DNA from: a bacterium
GTDB taxonomy: Bacteria > Acidobacteriota > Blastocatellia > HR10
DNA: 53,949 bases
Assembly: GCA_041640655.1 (NCBI GenBank)
Contig: JBEPZV010000015.1
Span: 1-53,949 of the forward strand
Reading direction: 5' to 3'
Of the stretch, positions 32,446 to 44,427 are shown piece after piece. The first letter of the stretch is position 1; every line of letters starts with the position of its first letter. The translations under genes and the position numbers were made by a program. Under the pieces are notes generated by a model. It had not been told where the DNA came from. It ran no database searches and saw only the letters and a list, made by a program, of their open reading frames with translations.

Positions 32446-33597
32446 ATGGTTCGCGCGACGCACGCAGGGTCCCATCACATCGCGACCTCGCCACGGGTCG
32501 AACGCCTCGTCTCCCTCGATGTGTTTCGCGGCCTGACGATCGCGGGCATGATTCTGGTGAACAATCCGGGCAGTTGGAACTACGTCTACCCGCCACTGGC
32601 GCACGCCGAATGGCACGGATGGACGCCCACGGATCTGATCTTCCCCTTCTTCCTCTTCATCATGGGCGTGGCGATCCCGTTGGCTCTCGGGCGGCGTCTG
32701 GCGCGCGGCGAATCCCGACGCGCGATCTGGGGACATATCCTGCGCCGCGCGCTTATTCTTTTCGCCCTCGGCTTGTTTTTGAACGGTTTCCCTCAGTTCG
32801 ACCTCTCCCGGATCCGCATCCCCGGCGTTTTGCAGCGGATCGCCTTGTGCTATTTCTTCGCCGCCCTCATCGTCCTGAAGGCGAAGGCGAGGGGCCAAAT
32901 ACTGGTCGCCCTCGTTCTGCTCGCCGTGTATTGGCTGCTGATGAAGCTCGTGCCGGTTCCCGGCTACGGCGCTGGTGTGCTGGAGAAAGAGGGGAATCTG
33001 GCCGCCTATCTGGACAACATGCTGCTGCATGGCCACCTCTATCGGCCGACTTGGGATCCGGAGGGACTCCTGAGCACAATCCCCGCCATCAGCACGACGC
33101 TCTTTGGCGTCGTGACCGCCCACTGGCTCACGTCGTCCCGGATGGCGCGAGAGAAGGTGCTCGGTCTCATCGGCGCCGGGATCGTCGGTGTGGCCCTAGG
33201 GCACGTGATGAATCTGTGGTTCCCGATCAACAAGAATCTCTGGACCAGCTCCTATGCCGTCTTCACTGCCGGAATGGCATGGCTCTGTCTCGCTGCTTGC
33301 TTTTGGATGGTCGAAGTGAAAGGGATTCGCCGACCATTTGTCCCCTTTCTCATCTTTGGGACGAACGCCATCATCGTCTTCGTACTCTCGGGTCTCGTCG
33401 CCCGCATAATGAGTCTCGCGAAGATCACGCGACCGGATGGAGCGGCGATCAGCGTGAAGGCATACATCTACGAGACGCTCTTCGCCTCGTGGGCTGGTCC
33501 CTGGAGAGGATCGCTTCTCTTCGCCCTCGCGTATGTCGCGTTTTGGCTCGCGCCGATGGGTCTGCTCTACCGCAAGCGTATCTTCCTCCGGATCTGA
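32446..33597 (+). CDS. HGSNAT/NagX-like (DUF5009) membrane acyltransferase
   Basis: RLVSLDVFRGLT, MILVNNPG, HAEWHG.T.TDLIFPFFLF, DPEGLLST and PINKNLWTSSY motifs. Confidence 0.88.
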   Translation: MVRATHAGSHHIATSPRVERLVSLDVFRGLTIAGMILVNNPGSWNYVYPPLAHAEWHGWTPTDLIFPFFLFIMGVAIPLALGRRLARGESRRAIWGHILRRALILFALGLFLNGFPQFDLSRIRIPGVLQRIALCYFFAALIVLKAKARGQILVALVLLAVYWLLMKLVPVPGYGAGVLEKEGNLAAYLDNMLLHGHLYRPTWDPEGLLSTIPAISTTLFGVVTAHWLTSSRMAREKVLGLIGAGIVGVALGHVMNLWFPINKNLWTSSYAVFTAGMAWLCLAACFWMVEVKGIRRPFVPFLIFGTNAIIVFVLSGLVARIMSLAKITRPDGAAISVKAYIYETLFASWAGPWRGSLLFALAYVAFWLAPMGLLYRKRIFLRI

Positions 33598-33667
33598 CGC
33601 GTTCGGCCTCTTCAACACGCGCTGTAATGCGACCCGAAGGCCTGAGGGCTCGCGCGCGGAGGCCCCC

Positions 33668-34606
33668 TCATGGCTTCCGGAGCGCGGGGTCCACATACGT
33701 CCCGTAGCGCGTCGCTCTCCCCACCCGCCAGAAATAGTCGTACACCGTTTGTGAGACCTCCCGAAAAGCCGCCGGTGCGTCTTCCCCCATCCCGTAATTC
33801 TCCATCACGACGAGGACATAGGGCCGCTCGCGCAGCTCAACGATCGCCCACTCGGTTGACACCCCGGGAATGCTGCCGGGCTTTGAGGCGATCGGCACCC
33901 CCGAGGGCACGCCCGCGCTCACAGCCGTTCGCTTCGGCTTCTTCAAAATGGCCAGGATCTGGTCGCAGACCTCGCGATTGATGAACTCGCCGCGATAGAG
34001 GATCTCCATAAGACGCGCGGCTTCAGCCGGTGTCGAGAGATTCTCCTCCCCACGCGCCGAGGCCGCCGGATCAATCATCTTCCGCTGCAAGCGCGTCCGC
34101 GTCAGCCCCAATGCGGCCATCGTCCGGTTGACGTTCTCCATCCCGACCATCTCAATGAGCATGTTAGTCGCCGTGTTATCACTCAGCACGATCATCAGCA
34201 CGCACAGATCGTAGATGCTCAATTCGGATAACCCCTCGCCGAACTCCTTCAAGATCCCGCTCCCTCCGACGACGTGCGCCTTCTCAAGGCGCCGCCGATC
34301 CGTCAGCCGAAATCGCCCTTCATGGGCCTGCTTGTAGACCTCCATGAGGATGGGGATCTTGATGGCGCTCCCCTGTGGGAAGACGAGATCCTCATTGATG
34401 GCGAAGCGCTCACCACTCACCAGATCCACGGCGACGATCCCCATCACCCCTCGCGCGCTGGCCACGATCTCCCGCAGCCGCGCTTCAGTCTTCTCCCGCA
34501 GGAGCCGCACGTGCTCCTGCGGGATCGGAAACCCGACGAGGAGCATCCCCGCGGCGCACGCACCGTGTCGGATCGTCCTGTGAAATCGACCGCTCCAGGC
34601 GCGCAT
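33668..34606 (-). CDS. Serine hydrolase, class A beta-lactamase-like fold
   Basis: SAIK (SxxK), SDN and KPG (KTG-like) motifs; N-terminal signal-like segment; RBS GAGGAGG. Confidence 0.82.
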   Translation of the reverse strand: MRAWSGRFHRTIRHGACAAGMLLVGFPIPQEHVRLLREKTEARLREIVASARGVMGIVAVDLVSGERFAINEDLVFPQGSAIKIPILMEVYKQAHEGRFRLTDRRRLEKAHVVGGSGILKEFGEGLSELSIYDLCVLMIVLSDNTATNMLIEMVGMENVNRTMAALGLTRTRLQRKMIDPAASARGEENLSTPAEAARLMEILYRGEFINREVCDQILAILKKPKRTAVSAGVPSGVPIASKPGSIPGVSTEWAIVELRERPYVLVVMENYGMGEDAPAAFREVSQTVYDYFWRVGRATRYGTYVDPALRKP

Positions 34607-34853
34607 CGTTCGACTCACCTCCTCTTTGATGTTCTCCCCCACGCTTCTTCCAGAAGCCGTATTATAAGGCTTTCGGCCAAAGACGACCGATCCCCGAGAT
34701 CCGCCGAGCGAAGCGATACGCAGGCCTCTCGCCCAAATAGCGAGCGCGAGAGCGATCCTCCTCCCCCTTCGCGCGAGGCTCCAGAGCCCCACGGAGGCGG
34801 CGATCTCACGCCTTGTGCGGGCGACCGGCACGGAGGCGACGCGTTCGGGATGC

Positions 34854-34881
34854 TTGACAGATCGTCCCCCCTCGGTAGAAT
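34854..34881 (+). promoter_or_regulatory. Sigma-70 promoter of pyrG
   Basis: TTGACA-16 bp-TAGAAT. Confidence 0.7.
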
Positions 34882-34883
34882 GA

Positions 34884-36578
<1,695 letters not shown>

Positions 36579-36629
36579 CGCGGGAGAGCCTTCTTGACAT
36601 CGCGCCCTTCGCATAAAGCCCGAGTGAAC

Positions 36630-36833
36630 GAGCGCCCCCAAGTCACGGTCCGCAAGCCGCATGGGCCGCCCGCATGCGTGAGCTTGGAAATTGGTTGGGG
36701 CCTCTCATTCCTAGGGCTCGCTGCGCTCGCCCCCGGCTAATTTCGGTCGCCCCCTTCGGGGGCTCGCGCGTGGTATGCATGTAGTGCCATTCAGATTCGG
36801 CTCTCGAATCGAGAGCGTCCGCAAAGGTCGCTC
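36630..36833 (+). ncRNA. Candidate structured non-coding RNA (unassigned)
   Basis: Five hairpins inside a GAGCGCC/GGTCGCTC closing stem; G-U pairs favour the + strand. Confidence 0.3.
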
Positions 36834-36835
36834 CC

Positions 36836-36863
36836 TTGACTCGCCCGAGGCCCGACATAAAAT
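36836..36863 (+). promoter_or_regulatory. Sigma-70 promoter for the amidohydrolase-SDR pair
   Basis: TTGACT-16 bp-TAAAAT. Confidence 0.6.
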
Positions 36864-36912
36864 TTCTTCCCCCATGCTCTCGCATGAGCGAACAACCTGA
36901 GGAGGACGCCAC

Positions 36913-38265
36913 ATGAGGAGACCAACGTCAGGGTCATTGATGCTCATCCTCGCCTGTGCGACTGTCGGTTCTGTTGGATCCTCGAACGCGCGGAGCGCGA
37001 TCGCGGAACGTTCGCCGCGTCCCATCGCTCTGAAGGCTGGCCGATTGGTGGATGTGAGGAGCGGGCAGGTCATGGAGAACGTCGTGATCCTCGTGCGCGG
37101 CGAGCGGATCGAGGCCGTCGGGCGCGACGTCGCGATTCCGGCCGACGCCGAAGTGATTGACCTCAGCCGTCATACGGTGTTGCCCGGATTGATGGACATG
37201 CACACGCACCTGACGGGCGATCCGAGCTACGGCTACTCCGATCATCGGTTGCATGAATGGCCGGGATATGCGGCACTCATTGGAGCGAAGAACGCGCGGC
37301 GGACGCTTCTGGCCGGGTTCACCACGGTGCGCAATGTCGGTGCCGATGAATGGGCCGATGTCGCGTTGCGGGACGCCATTCGGAACGGACTCATTCCCGG
37401 TCCCCGCATGTACGTTTCGGCGCACGCCATCGGGATCACAGGCGGGCATTGCGACACGAACGGCTATCGCCCGGACGCGTGGCCTGAACCGAGCATCGAA
37501 CGCGGTATCGTCAACGGCGTGGATGAGGCGATCAAGGCCGTGCGGTATCAGATCAAGTACGGCGCCGATGTGATCAAGATTTGCGCCACCGGAGGAGTGC
37601 TCTCGGCCGGGGATGCTGTCGGCGCGCCCCAGCTCACGCTGGAGGAGATGCGCGCCATCGTGCAAGCGGCCACATGGGCTGAGCGTAAGGTGGCCGCGCA
37701 CGCGCACGGGACGGAGGGGATCAAACTGGCCGTCCGCGCGGGCGTGGCCTCGATCGAACACGGCTCCATGCTCGACGAAGAAGCCATTCGGTTGATGAAG
37801 GAGCACGGGACGTATCTCGTGCCGACGCTCATGGCGTTCGAGTCGGTCGTCGCTGGCGCCAAAAGCGGGAAGCTCGCGCCGTGGTCGGCGAAGAAGGCAC
37901 TGGAGATCGAACCACATGCGCGACGCTCAATTCAGATGGCCATTCGCGCAGGGGTGAACATCGCCTTCGGGACGGATGCCGGCGTCTTCCCGCACGGGGA
38001 GAACGCCGAGGAATTTCGGCTTCTGGTGCAGGCGGGCATGACGCCGCTTCAGGCCATTCAGAGCGCGACGCTGCAGGCGGCGCGGTTGCTCGGCGTGGAG
38101 AAGGATCTGGGAACGCTGGAGCCCGGCAAGCTCGCCGACATCATCGCCGTGCTGGGTGATCCGCTCTCGGACGTCGCGCGGCTCAAGCAGGTGGACTTCG
38201 TCATGAAAGGCGGCCGCGTCTACAAGCGCGATGGTGCGGAGGTGCCATTCGTCCCGATACGATGA
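36913..38265 (+). CDS. Secreted metal-dependent amidohydrolase (Xaa-Pro dipeptidase-like)
   Basis: PGLMDMHTH, GFTTVR, IKICATGG, AAHAHG, SIEHG and FGTDAG motifs; signal peptide. Confidence 0.9.
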   Translation: MRRPTSGSLMLILACATVGSVGSSNARSAIAERSPRPIALKAGRLVDVRSGQVMENVVILVRGERIEAVGRDVAIPADAEVIDLSRHTVLPGLMDMHTHLTGDPSYGYSDHRLHEWPGYAALIGAKNARRTLLAGFTTVRNVGADEWADVALRDAIRNGLIPGPRMYVSAHAIGITGGHCDTNGYRPDAWPEPSIERGIVNGVDEAIKAVRYQIKYGADVIKICATGGVLSAGDAVGAPQLTLEEMRAIVQAATWAERKVAAHAHGTEGIKLAVRAGVASIEHGSMLDEEAIRLMKEHGTYLVPTLMAFESVVAGAKSGKLAPWSAKKALEIEPHARRSIQMAIRAGVNIAFGTDAGVFPHGENAEEFRLLVQAGMTPLQAIQSATLQAARLLGVEKDLGTLEPGKLADIIAVLGDPLSDVARLKQVDFVMKGGRVYKRDGAEVPFVPIR

Positions 38266-38280
38266 GCGGGAGGACGCACG

Positions 38281-39045
38281 ATGAATCAGGAGATGTCAGG
38301 CAAACGCGTGCTCGTCACCGGCGCCTCCAGCGGCATTGGCCGCGCGACGGCCGAGCGCTTTCTGGAAGCGGGTGCTGAGGTCACGCTGGTCGGGCGTCGG
38401 GAGGTGGCGCTCGCCGAAGTGGCTGCTCCCTATCCAGGGCGCGCGCACGTTCTCGTCGCCGATTTGGCGGATGAGCGGCAATGCGAGCTGTGCATCGAGC
38501 GGGCTGTGGCGAAGATGGGCGGGCTGGATGTGCTCGTGAACGCCGCTGGGATCCTCAAAAGCGGAAGCCTGGAGACGACGTCGCTCCAGTTGTGGGATGA
38601 GATGATGAGGATCAACCTCCGCTCGATCTTCTACCTCATGCAGCTCGCTGTCCCGCACTTGGAGAAGACGCGCGGCGTGATTGTGAACGTCTCCAGCGTC
38701 ACCGGATTGCGCTCGTTTCCGGGCGTGCTCGCCTACTGCGTGAGCAAGGCGGCGCTCGATCAGCTCACGCGTTGCGCGGCATTGGAATTGGCGCCGAAGG
38801 GCATTCGGGTGAACGCCGTCAATCCGGGCGTCGTGCGGACGAATCTGCATCGGGCTGGGGGGATGAGCGAGCAGGAGTACGCGGCCTTCTTGCAACGCAG
38901 CACGACCACGCATCCGCTCGGGCGCGTGGGGGAGCCGCGCGAGGTCGCCGAACTCATCTACTTCCTGGCGAGCGATCGGGCGAGTTGGATCACGGGCGCG
39001 ACGGTGAGCATTGACGGCGGGCGCGCGCTCACGTGCGCTCGATAG
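38281..39045 (+). CDS. Short-chain dehydrogenase/reductase
   Basis: TGASSGIG, NAAG, YCVSK and VNPG motifs. Confidence 0.93.
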   Translation: MNQEMSGKRVLVTGASSGIGRATAERFLEAGAEVTLVGRREVALAEVAAPYPGRAHVLVADLADERQCELCIERAVAKMGGLDVLVNAAGILKSGSLETTSLQLWDEMMRINLRSIFYLMQLAVPHLEKTRGVIVNVSSVTGLRSFPGVLAYCVSKAALDQLTRCAALELAPKGIRVNAVNPGVVRTNLHRAGGMSEQEYAAFLQRSTTTHPLGRVGEPREVAELIYFLASDRASWITGATVSIDGGRALTCAR

Positions 39046-39403
39046 GGGGCGCCAGAGTAAGCCGCGGGACAGGAGCGCGCGCGGGGTCCTCGAAGAACCG
39101 TCGAAGTTGCTCGGCGAAATCGGCCACATCGAGTCCGTGGAACGGCGTGGGGACGTCGGCCAAGCGCGCCAGCGCGCGCTCGACCAATCGGCGCGCTCCG
39201 CGCAGATTCCCGCGCCGAAAGTGGTGGAGCGCGACGGCCGCTTGGATCAGGCCGTGGTAGAAGAGCCGCTCCGTTCCCGTCGCACGGCGCCAGAGGGGTT
39301 CGAGCACCTCATGCGCGGCGAAATAATCGCCCGCGTTGAAGAGAGCGACCGCCTGAAGATATTCGAGCGTCCCTTCGTCAGATCGCCTCTCTCCCGCATC
39401 CAT
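39029..39403 (-). CDS. DUF309-family protein
   Basis: LFNAGDYFAAHEVLE.LW and GLIQAAVALHH motifs. Confidence 0.85.
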   Translation of the reverse strand: MDAGERRSDEGTLEYLQAVALFNAGDYFAAHEVLEPLWRRATGTERLFYHGLIQAAVALHHFRRGNLRGARRLVERALARLADVPTPFHGLDVADFAEQLRRFFEDPARAPVPRLTLAPPIERT

Positions 39404-39406
39404 AGA

Positions 39407-41866
39407 TCATGCCCTCGCACTCATCACCCCGTCTTCTTCTTCGCGGCCGACGAGCGAGGCCGATGCGACGGCGTCCTCGGCGGCGAGTCGCATCAGGCGG
39501 ATGCCCTGCGTGCTGCGCCCGGTCTCCCGGATCTCGGAGACCTCCAGGCGCAGCACTTTCCCCTGCGTGGTGATGAGCATGACTTCGTCGTCCTCGCGCA
39601 CGGGCATGACGGCGACGACCTGACCGTTGCGCTCGGTCGTGCGGACGTTGATGACCCCTTTGCCACCGCGCGCCTGGACGCGGTAGGCCCGCAGCGACGT
39701 CTTCTTGCCAAACCCCTTCTCGGTGATCGTGAGCATCTGCTCATCGCCGCGCACGGCGGCGACGCTCACCACGTAATCCCCCTCGCGCAACTCGATCCCG
39801 CGTACCCCGCGCGCCTGTCGGCCCATCGGCCGCACGTCGCCTTCATCGAAGCAGATGGCCATCCCTTGACGCGTGGCGAGGAAGATCTTCCTCCGCCCAT
39901 CGGTCAACTCCACGGCGATCAATTCGTCGTCGTCATCCACGGTCATCGCGATGAGCCCGCTCGCCCGCAGGGTATCGAACTCCGAGAGGGCGGTCTTCTT
40001 GATCACTCCTTTGCGGGTGACCATGACGACGTATCGGTCGGGGACGAACTGTCGGACGGCGACGATACCGGCGACTTTCTCCTCACTGGTCATATGCACG
40101 AGGTTGGTGATGGCGCGGCCACGGCTCGCCGCTTGCGCTTCGGGGATCTCGTGGGCCTTGATGTTGTAGACCTTCCCGCGATCGGTGAAGACCATGACGG
40201 TGCTGTGCGTGGAGGCGACGAAGACCTTGGTCACGAAATCCTCGCCGCGCGTCATCATGCCCGACCGGCCGCGCGTGCCACGGCTCTGCTGTCGGAAGAC
40301 CATCAGGGGCGTCCGCTTGATGAACCCGCTGTGGCTCACCGTGATGACGACCTCCTCGTCGGGGATGAGATCCTCCAGTGTGAACTCCGCCTCCTCATCC
40401 ACGATTTGCGTCCGCCGCGCATCGCCGAACTCCTTCTGGATGGCGCGCAACTCGCGGATGATCACGTTGCTCAGCGCGCGCTCGCTGCTCAGGATCTCCT
40501 TCAGCTCGGCGATGCGCTTGATGATCTCCTCGTACTCCTCGACGAGCTTCTGCCGCTCCAGATTCGTCAAGCGCTCGAGCTTCATCTCGAGGATCGCGTG
40601 CGCCTGCGCCTCGGAGAAGCGGAACCGCCGCACGAGCGCCTCACGCGCCTCCCGTCCCGACTTCGAGCGACGGATCAGCGCGATGACGGCATCCAGGTGA
40701 TCGAGCGCGCGCTTAAGCCCCTCCAAGATGTGCGCCCGCTCCTCGGCGCGCCGCAGCTCATAGTGCGTGCGCCGACGCACGACCTCGCGTCGGAAGGCGA
40801 TGAACTCCTGCAGCGTCTCCAGGAGATTGAGGACCCTCGGCTGTCCGTTGACGATGGCCAGATTGATGACGCCGAAGGTCTCCTGCATAGGCGTGAGCTT
40901 GTAGAGCTTGTTCAGGATGACCTGCGGCACGGCCTCGCGCTTCAGCTCGATGACGATGCGCATCCCCTCGCGGTCTGATTCGTCGCGCAGATCGGCAATG
41001 CCCTCGATCTTCCGCTCGGCGACCAACTCGGCGATCTTCTCGATCAGCTTCGCCTTGCTCACCTGATACGGGATCTCGGTGACGACGATCGCCTCCCGCT
41101 GTGCGGACCCCCGCCCGATGCGATCAATGGCCGCGCGCGCGCGCATGATGATCGTCCCGCGCCCGGTCAGATACGCCTGCCGAATTCCCTCGCGCCCGTA
41201 GATGTAGCCCCCCGTCGGGAAATCCGGCCCCGGGATGAAGCGCATCAGGTCCTCGACGGTCGCCTCCGGATTCTGCAACAGGTGGATCGTCGCCTCGATC
41301 ACCTCGCTCAGATTGTGCGGGGGGATGTTCGTCGCCATCCCCACGGCGATGCCCGAGCTGCCGTTGACGAGCAATTGTGGGAACCGAACGGGGAGCAGCG
41401 TCGGCTCCTTCAGGGACTCATCGTAATTCGGCTGAAAGTCCACCGTCTCCTTGTCAATATCGGCCAGGACCTCCTCGGCGATCTTCGCGAGCCGGACCTC
41501 GGTATAGCGCATCGCCGCCGGCTCATCCCCATCAATGCTCCCGAAATTCCCCTGTCCCTCGATGAGGGGGTAGCGCATGGAGAACGGTTGCACCATGCGC
41601 ACGATCGTCTCATAGACGGCGGCGTCCCCGTGCGGATGATACTTCCCGATGACGTCGCCGACGACGCGCGCGCTCTTCTTGAACGGCTTGTTGTGGGTGT
41701 TCCCCAGCTCGTACATCGCCCAGAGGACGCGCCGATGCACGGGCTTGAAGCCATCGCGCACATCCGGCAGGGCGCGACCGATGATGACCGACATCGCGTA
41801 ATCGAGATAGCTGCGCTTCATCTCCTCGTCGAGATTGACTTGCAGCTTCTGTTGCGCTTCCATCAT
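39407..41866 (-). CDS. gyrA: DNA gyrase subunit A
   Basis: [32 protein letters not shown] catalytic Tyr and a beta-pinwheel CTD. Confidence 0.95.
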   Translation of the reverse strand: MMEAQQKLQVNLDEEMKRSYLDYAMSVIIGRALPDVRDGFKPVHRRVLWAMYELGNTHNKPFKKSARVVGDVIGKYHPHGDAAVYETIVRMVQPFSMRYPLIEGQGNFGSIDGDEPAAMRYTEVRLAKIAEEVLADIDKETVDFQPNYDESLKEPTLLPVRFPQLLVNGSSGIAVGMATNIPPHNLSEVIEATIHLLQNPEATVEDLMRFIPGPDFPTGGYIYGREGIRQAYLTGRGTIIMRARAAIDRIGRGSAQREAIVVTEIPYQVSKAKLIEKIAELVAERKIEGIADLRDESDREGMRIVIELKREAVPQVILNKLYKLTPMQETFGVINLAIVNGQPRVLNLLETLQEFIAFRREVVRRRTHYELRRAEERAHILEGLKRALDHLDAVIALIRRSKSGREAREALVRRFRFSEAQAHAILEMKLERLTNLERQKLVEEYEEIIKRIAELKEILSSERALSNVIIRELRAIQKEFGDARRTQIVDEEAEFTLEDLIPDEEVVITVSHSGFIKRTPLMVFRQQSRGTRGRSGMMTRGEDFVTKVFVASTHSTVMVFTDRGKVYNIKAHEIPEAQAASRGRAITNLVHMTSEEKVAGIVAVRQFVPDRYVVMVTRKGVIKKTALSEFDTLRASGLIAMTVDDDDELIAVELTDGRRKIFLATRQGMAICFDEGDVRPMGRQARGVRGIELREGDYVVSVAAVRGDEQMLTITEKGFGKKTSLRAYRVQARGGKGVINVRTTERNGQVVAVMPVREDDEVMLITTQGKVLRLEVSEIRETGRSTQGIRLMRLAAEDAVASASLVGREEEDGVMSARA

Positions 41867-41948
41867 CGTCCTTCCCTCCTCGGAGAAGTCATCCTCAGCG
41901 GCGCGCGATGGCGCCGTCGCGACGGCCCCTTTGGACCAGACGCCTCAT

Positions 41949-43220
41949 TCAACCGAGCAGCGCCCCGTGGAGGGCGAGCGACGGTCCCTCTTCAGGTTCG
42001 GCGTGGCGCCGATCGTGAACCGAGAGGTACCACCACGTGGAGAGCATGGCACCAAAGAGCAACAGCAGAAGCAGGACGAGCAACGCTCGAGCGACAGTTC
42101 GCGAAGGGATTCCCGACGGCTCCTCCTCTGGCGGATCGTCGGCGAGGTCCGGCGCTTCAGAGGCTCCCTGCGAGCCACCTCGATCCTCCGCCCCCCTCTC
42201 CTGCGCATCCGGGTGAGCGTCCTCGCGCCGCGTCGTCTCCGGACCGCGCATTCCATTCGCGACGAGAGCGGGAACGAAGCGAACCAGCTCATCCCAAAGT
42301 TCCGGCTCCACGACCTCCGGAAGCCGATCGTCCCGCTCAATGTGCAGCACCGCGGGTTCCTCGTCCTCTCGCGCTTGCAGAAGAGCATCGCCTTCAAACC
42401 GCGCGAGCAGGACGGTGATATTGTCCTCACCGCCACGCTCCATGGCCAATTGCACGAGCGCATTCGTCGCCTCCGCCAGGTCCGACGCTGCGAGGACGAT
42501 CTCGCACATCTCCGATGCGGTGACCTTGTTGGAGAGGCCATCGCTGCAGAGCAACACGTGATCCTCTCGCCGCACCTGCACGCGGTCCATGACGATCACC
42601 GTGTGGGGGTGCGCGCCCAAGGCCTGAAGGATCACGTTCCGATAGGCGTGCCGCTCGGCCTGCTCCTCGGTGAGGAATCCCGCCTCGACCAGATGATGGA
42701 CGAGCGATTGATCCTTCGTGAGCTGGCGGATGCGCCCGGCGCGAATCACGTACGCCCGGCTATCCCCCACCTGCCCGAGATAGAGCCACCCCTGATGGTA
42801 CGCGGCCGCCGTGAACGTCGCCCCCATGCCCATGAGCTCCGGATGCTCTTGACTCTTCTCGTAAATGAGGCGATTCGCCTGCTCCATGGCCAGGCGCAAT
42901 CGTTCGGAGAACGGCAGGTGCGCATAGAGGGCTCGGGCATCGAACCGATGCAGCAGGCGCGCAACCGTCGTGACCGCCAAATGGCTCGCCACCTCGCCGG
43001 CCAAAGCGCCCCCCATGCCATCGGACACCGCGAGCACGATCCCAGAGGAGCCGATCTCCCAGCGCCCGACGCCATCGGGCACGCACGCGCCATCGGCCGC
43101 CGTCCAATATGCCCCTCGCTCCACATCGAGGATGAGGAAGTTGTCCTCGTTATTCGGTCGCACGAGCCCGACATCCGTCCGGGCATGCCAGGCGACGATC
43201 ACGCGGTGCTCGTCTGCCAT
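41949..43220 (-). CDS. PP2C/Stp1-family Ser/Thr phosphatase with a C-terminal TM helix
   Basis: RPNNED, VSDGMGG, GDSRAY, LCSDGL and GGEDNIT motifs; start may be 43229. Confidence 0.9.
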   Translation of the reverse strand: MADEHRVIVAWHARTDVGLVRPNNEDNFLILDVERGAYWTAADGACVPDGVGRWEIGSSGIVLAVSDGMGGALAGEVASHLAVTTVARLLHRFDARALYAHLPFSERLRLAMEQANRLIYEKSQEHPELMGMGATFTAAAYHQGWLYLGQVGDSRAYVIRAGRIRQLTKDQSLVHHLVEAGFLTEEQAERHAYRNVILQALGAHPHTVIVMDRVQVRREDHVLLCSDGLSNKVTASEMCEIVLAASDLAEATNALVQLAMERGGEDNITVLLARFEGDALLQAREDEEPAVLHIERDDRLPEVVEPELWDELVRFVPALVANGMRGPETTRREDAHPDAQERGAEDRGGSQGASEAPDLADDPPEEEPSGIPSRTVARALLVLLLLLLFGAMLSTWWYLSVHDRRHAEPEEGPSLALHGALLG

Positions 43221-43281
43221 ACGGGACATTATACGGCTCCCGACTTGGGATTTCGAGCCGCATCGTGACAGATGCGAGGGC

Positions 43282-44427
43282 TCACAGGCGCGCGAGCGCG
43301 CGATCGAGATCGGCGATGATGTCCTCGACATCCTCGCAGCCGACCGAGAGGCGAATCAAGCCGTCGGTGATGCCGAGTCGCTCGCGCTCCTCCCGCGGGA
43401 GACTCGCATGCGTCATCGTGGCCGGATGGGAGATCAGCGTCTCCACCCCTCCCAAACTCTCGGCCAGGGTGCAGAGGCGAACGCTCTCCAGCACGGCGCG
43501 CGCCCGCTCCAACGAGCCGACGTCGAAGGCGACCATGCCGCCGAAACCCGACATCTGGCGTCGGGCCAAGTCGTACTGCGGATGTGAAGGCAGGCCCGGA
43601 TAGTAGACGCGCTCGACCCGCGGATGCTCGGCGAGGAATCGCGCGACGGCACGCCCGTTCTCATCATGCTGCCGCATGCGCAAAGGCAACGTCTTGATCC
43701 CCCGCAACACGAGCCAGGCATCCAGCGGCGCGATGATCGCCCCGGCCGCGTTCTGCACAAACCGAATCCGCTCAGCGTCCTCGGCGTCTCGCACCACGAG
43801 CGCCCCACCGACGCTGTCGCTGTGGCCGTTCAGATATTTCGTCGTCGAGTGCACGACCACATCGGCCCCCAGCTCCAAAGGCCGTTGAAAGTACGGACTC
43901 ATGAACGTGTTGTCCACGACCACGCGGATGCCGCGCGGGCGCGCCAGCTCCGAGATGGCGCGAATGTCGGCCAGGATCATCAAGGGATTGGTCGGCGTCT
44001 CCAGGAAGATCATCCGCGTCTCCGGACGAATCGCGCGCTCCACGTGCGCGACCTCGCGCGTGTCCACGTAGCTGAAATCAAGACCGCACTGGCGCCACAC
44101 GCGCTCGAACAGCCGGAACGTCCCCCCGTAGACGTTCTCGGAGACGATCACATGATCGCCCGCGCGCAAGAGCGCTTGCACGAGCGCGTTAATGGCCGCC
44201 ATCCCCGACGCGAATGCGAACGCTGCCGTCCCCCCTTCTAACGCCGCCAAGCACCGTTCCAAGGCGAATCGCGTCGGATTCTGCGTGCGCGCGTACTCGA
44301 AGCCCTTATGCTTCCCCAACCCCTCCTGCGCATAGGTCGAGGTCTGATAGATGGGGACGCTCACGGCACCCGTCGCCGGATCCGGCTCGCTCCCGATGTG
44401 AATCGCCTTGGTCGAGAATCTCATCAC
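43282..44427 (-). CDS. Cystathionine gamma-synthase/gamma-lyase (PLP-dependent)
   Basis: IYQTSTY, YARTQNPT, DNTF, HSTTKYLNGHSD and AESLGGVE motifs. Confidence 0.93.
   Translation of the reverse strand: MMRFSTKAIHIGSEPDPATGAVSVPIYQTSTYAQEGLGKHKGFEYARTQNPTRFALERCLAALEGGTAAFAFASGMAAINALVQALLRAGDHVIVSENVYGGTFRLFERVWRQCGLDFSYVDTREVAHVERAIRPETRMIFLETPTNPLMILADIRAISELARPRGIRVVVDNTFMSPYFQRPLELGADVVVHSTTKYLNGHSDSVGGALVVRDAEDAERIRFVQNAAGAIIAPLDAWLVLRGIKTLPLRMRQHDENGRAVARFLAEHPRVERVYYPGLPSHPQYDLARRQMSGFGGMVAFDVGSLERARAVLESVRLCTLAESLGGVETLISHPATMTHASLPREERERLGITDGLIRLSVGCEDVEDIIADLDRALARL

Noticed and set aside
33668..34606. Beta-lactamase-fold gene as an antibiotic resistance determinant
   Set aside because: KPG replaces KTG, no clear class A omega-loop ExxLN motif, and no mobile context; function unresolved
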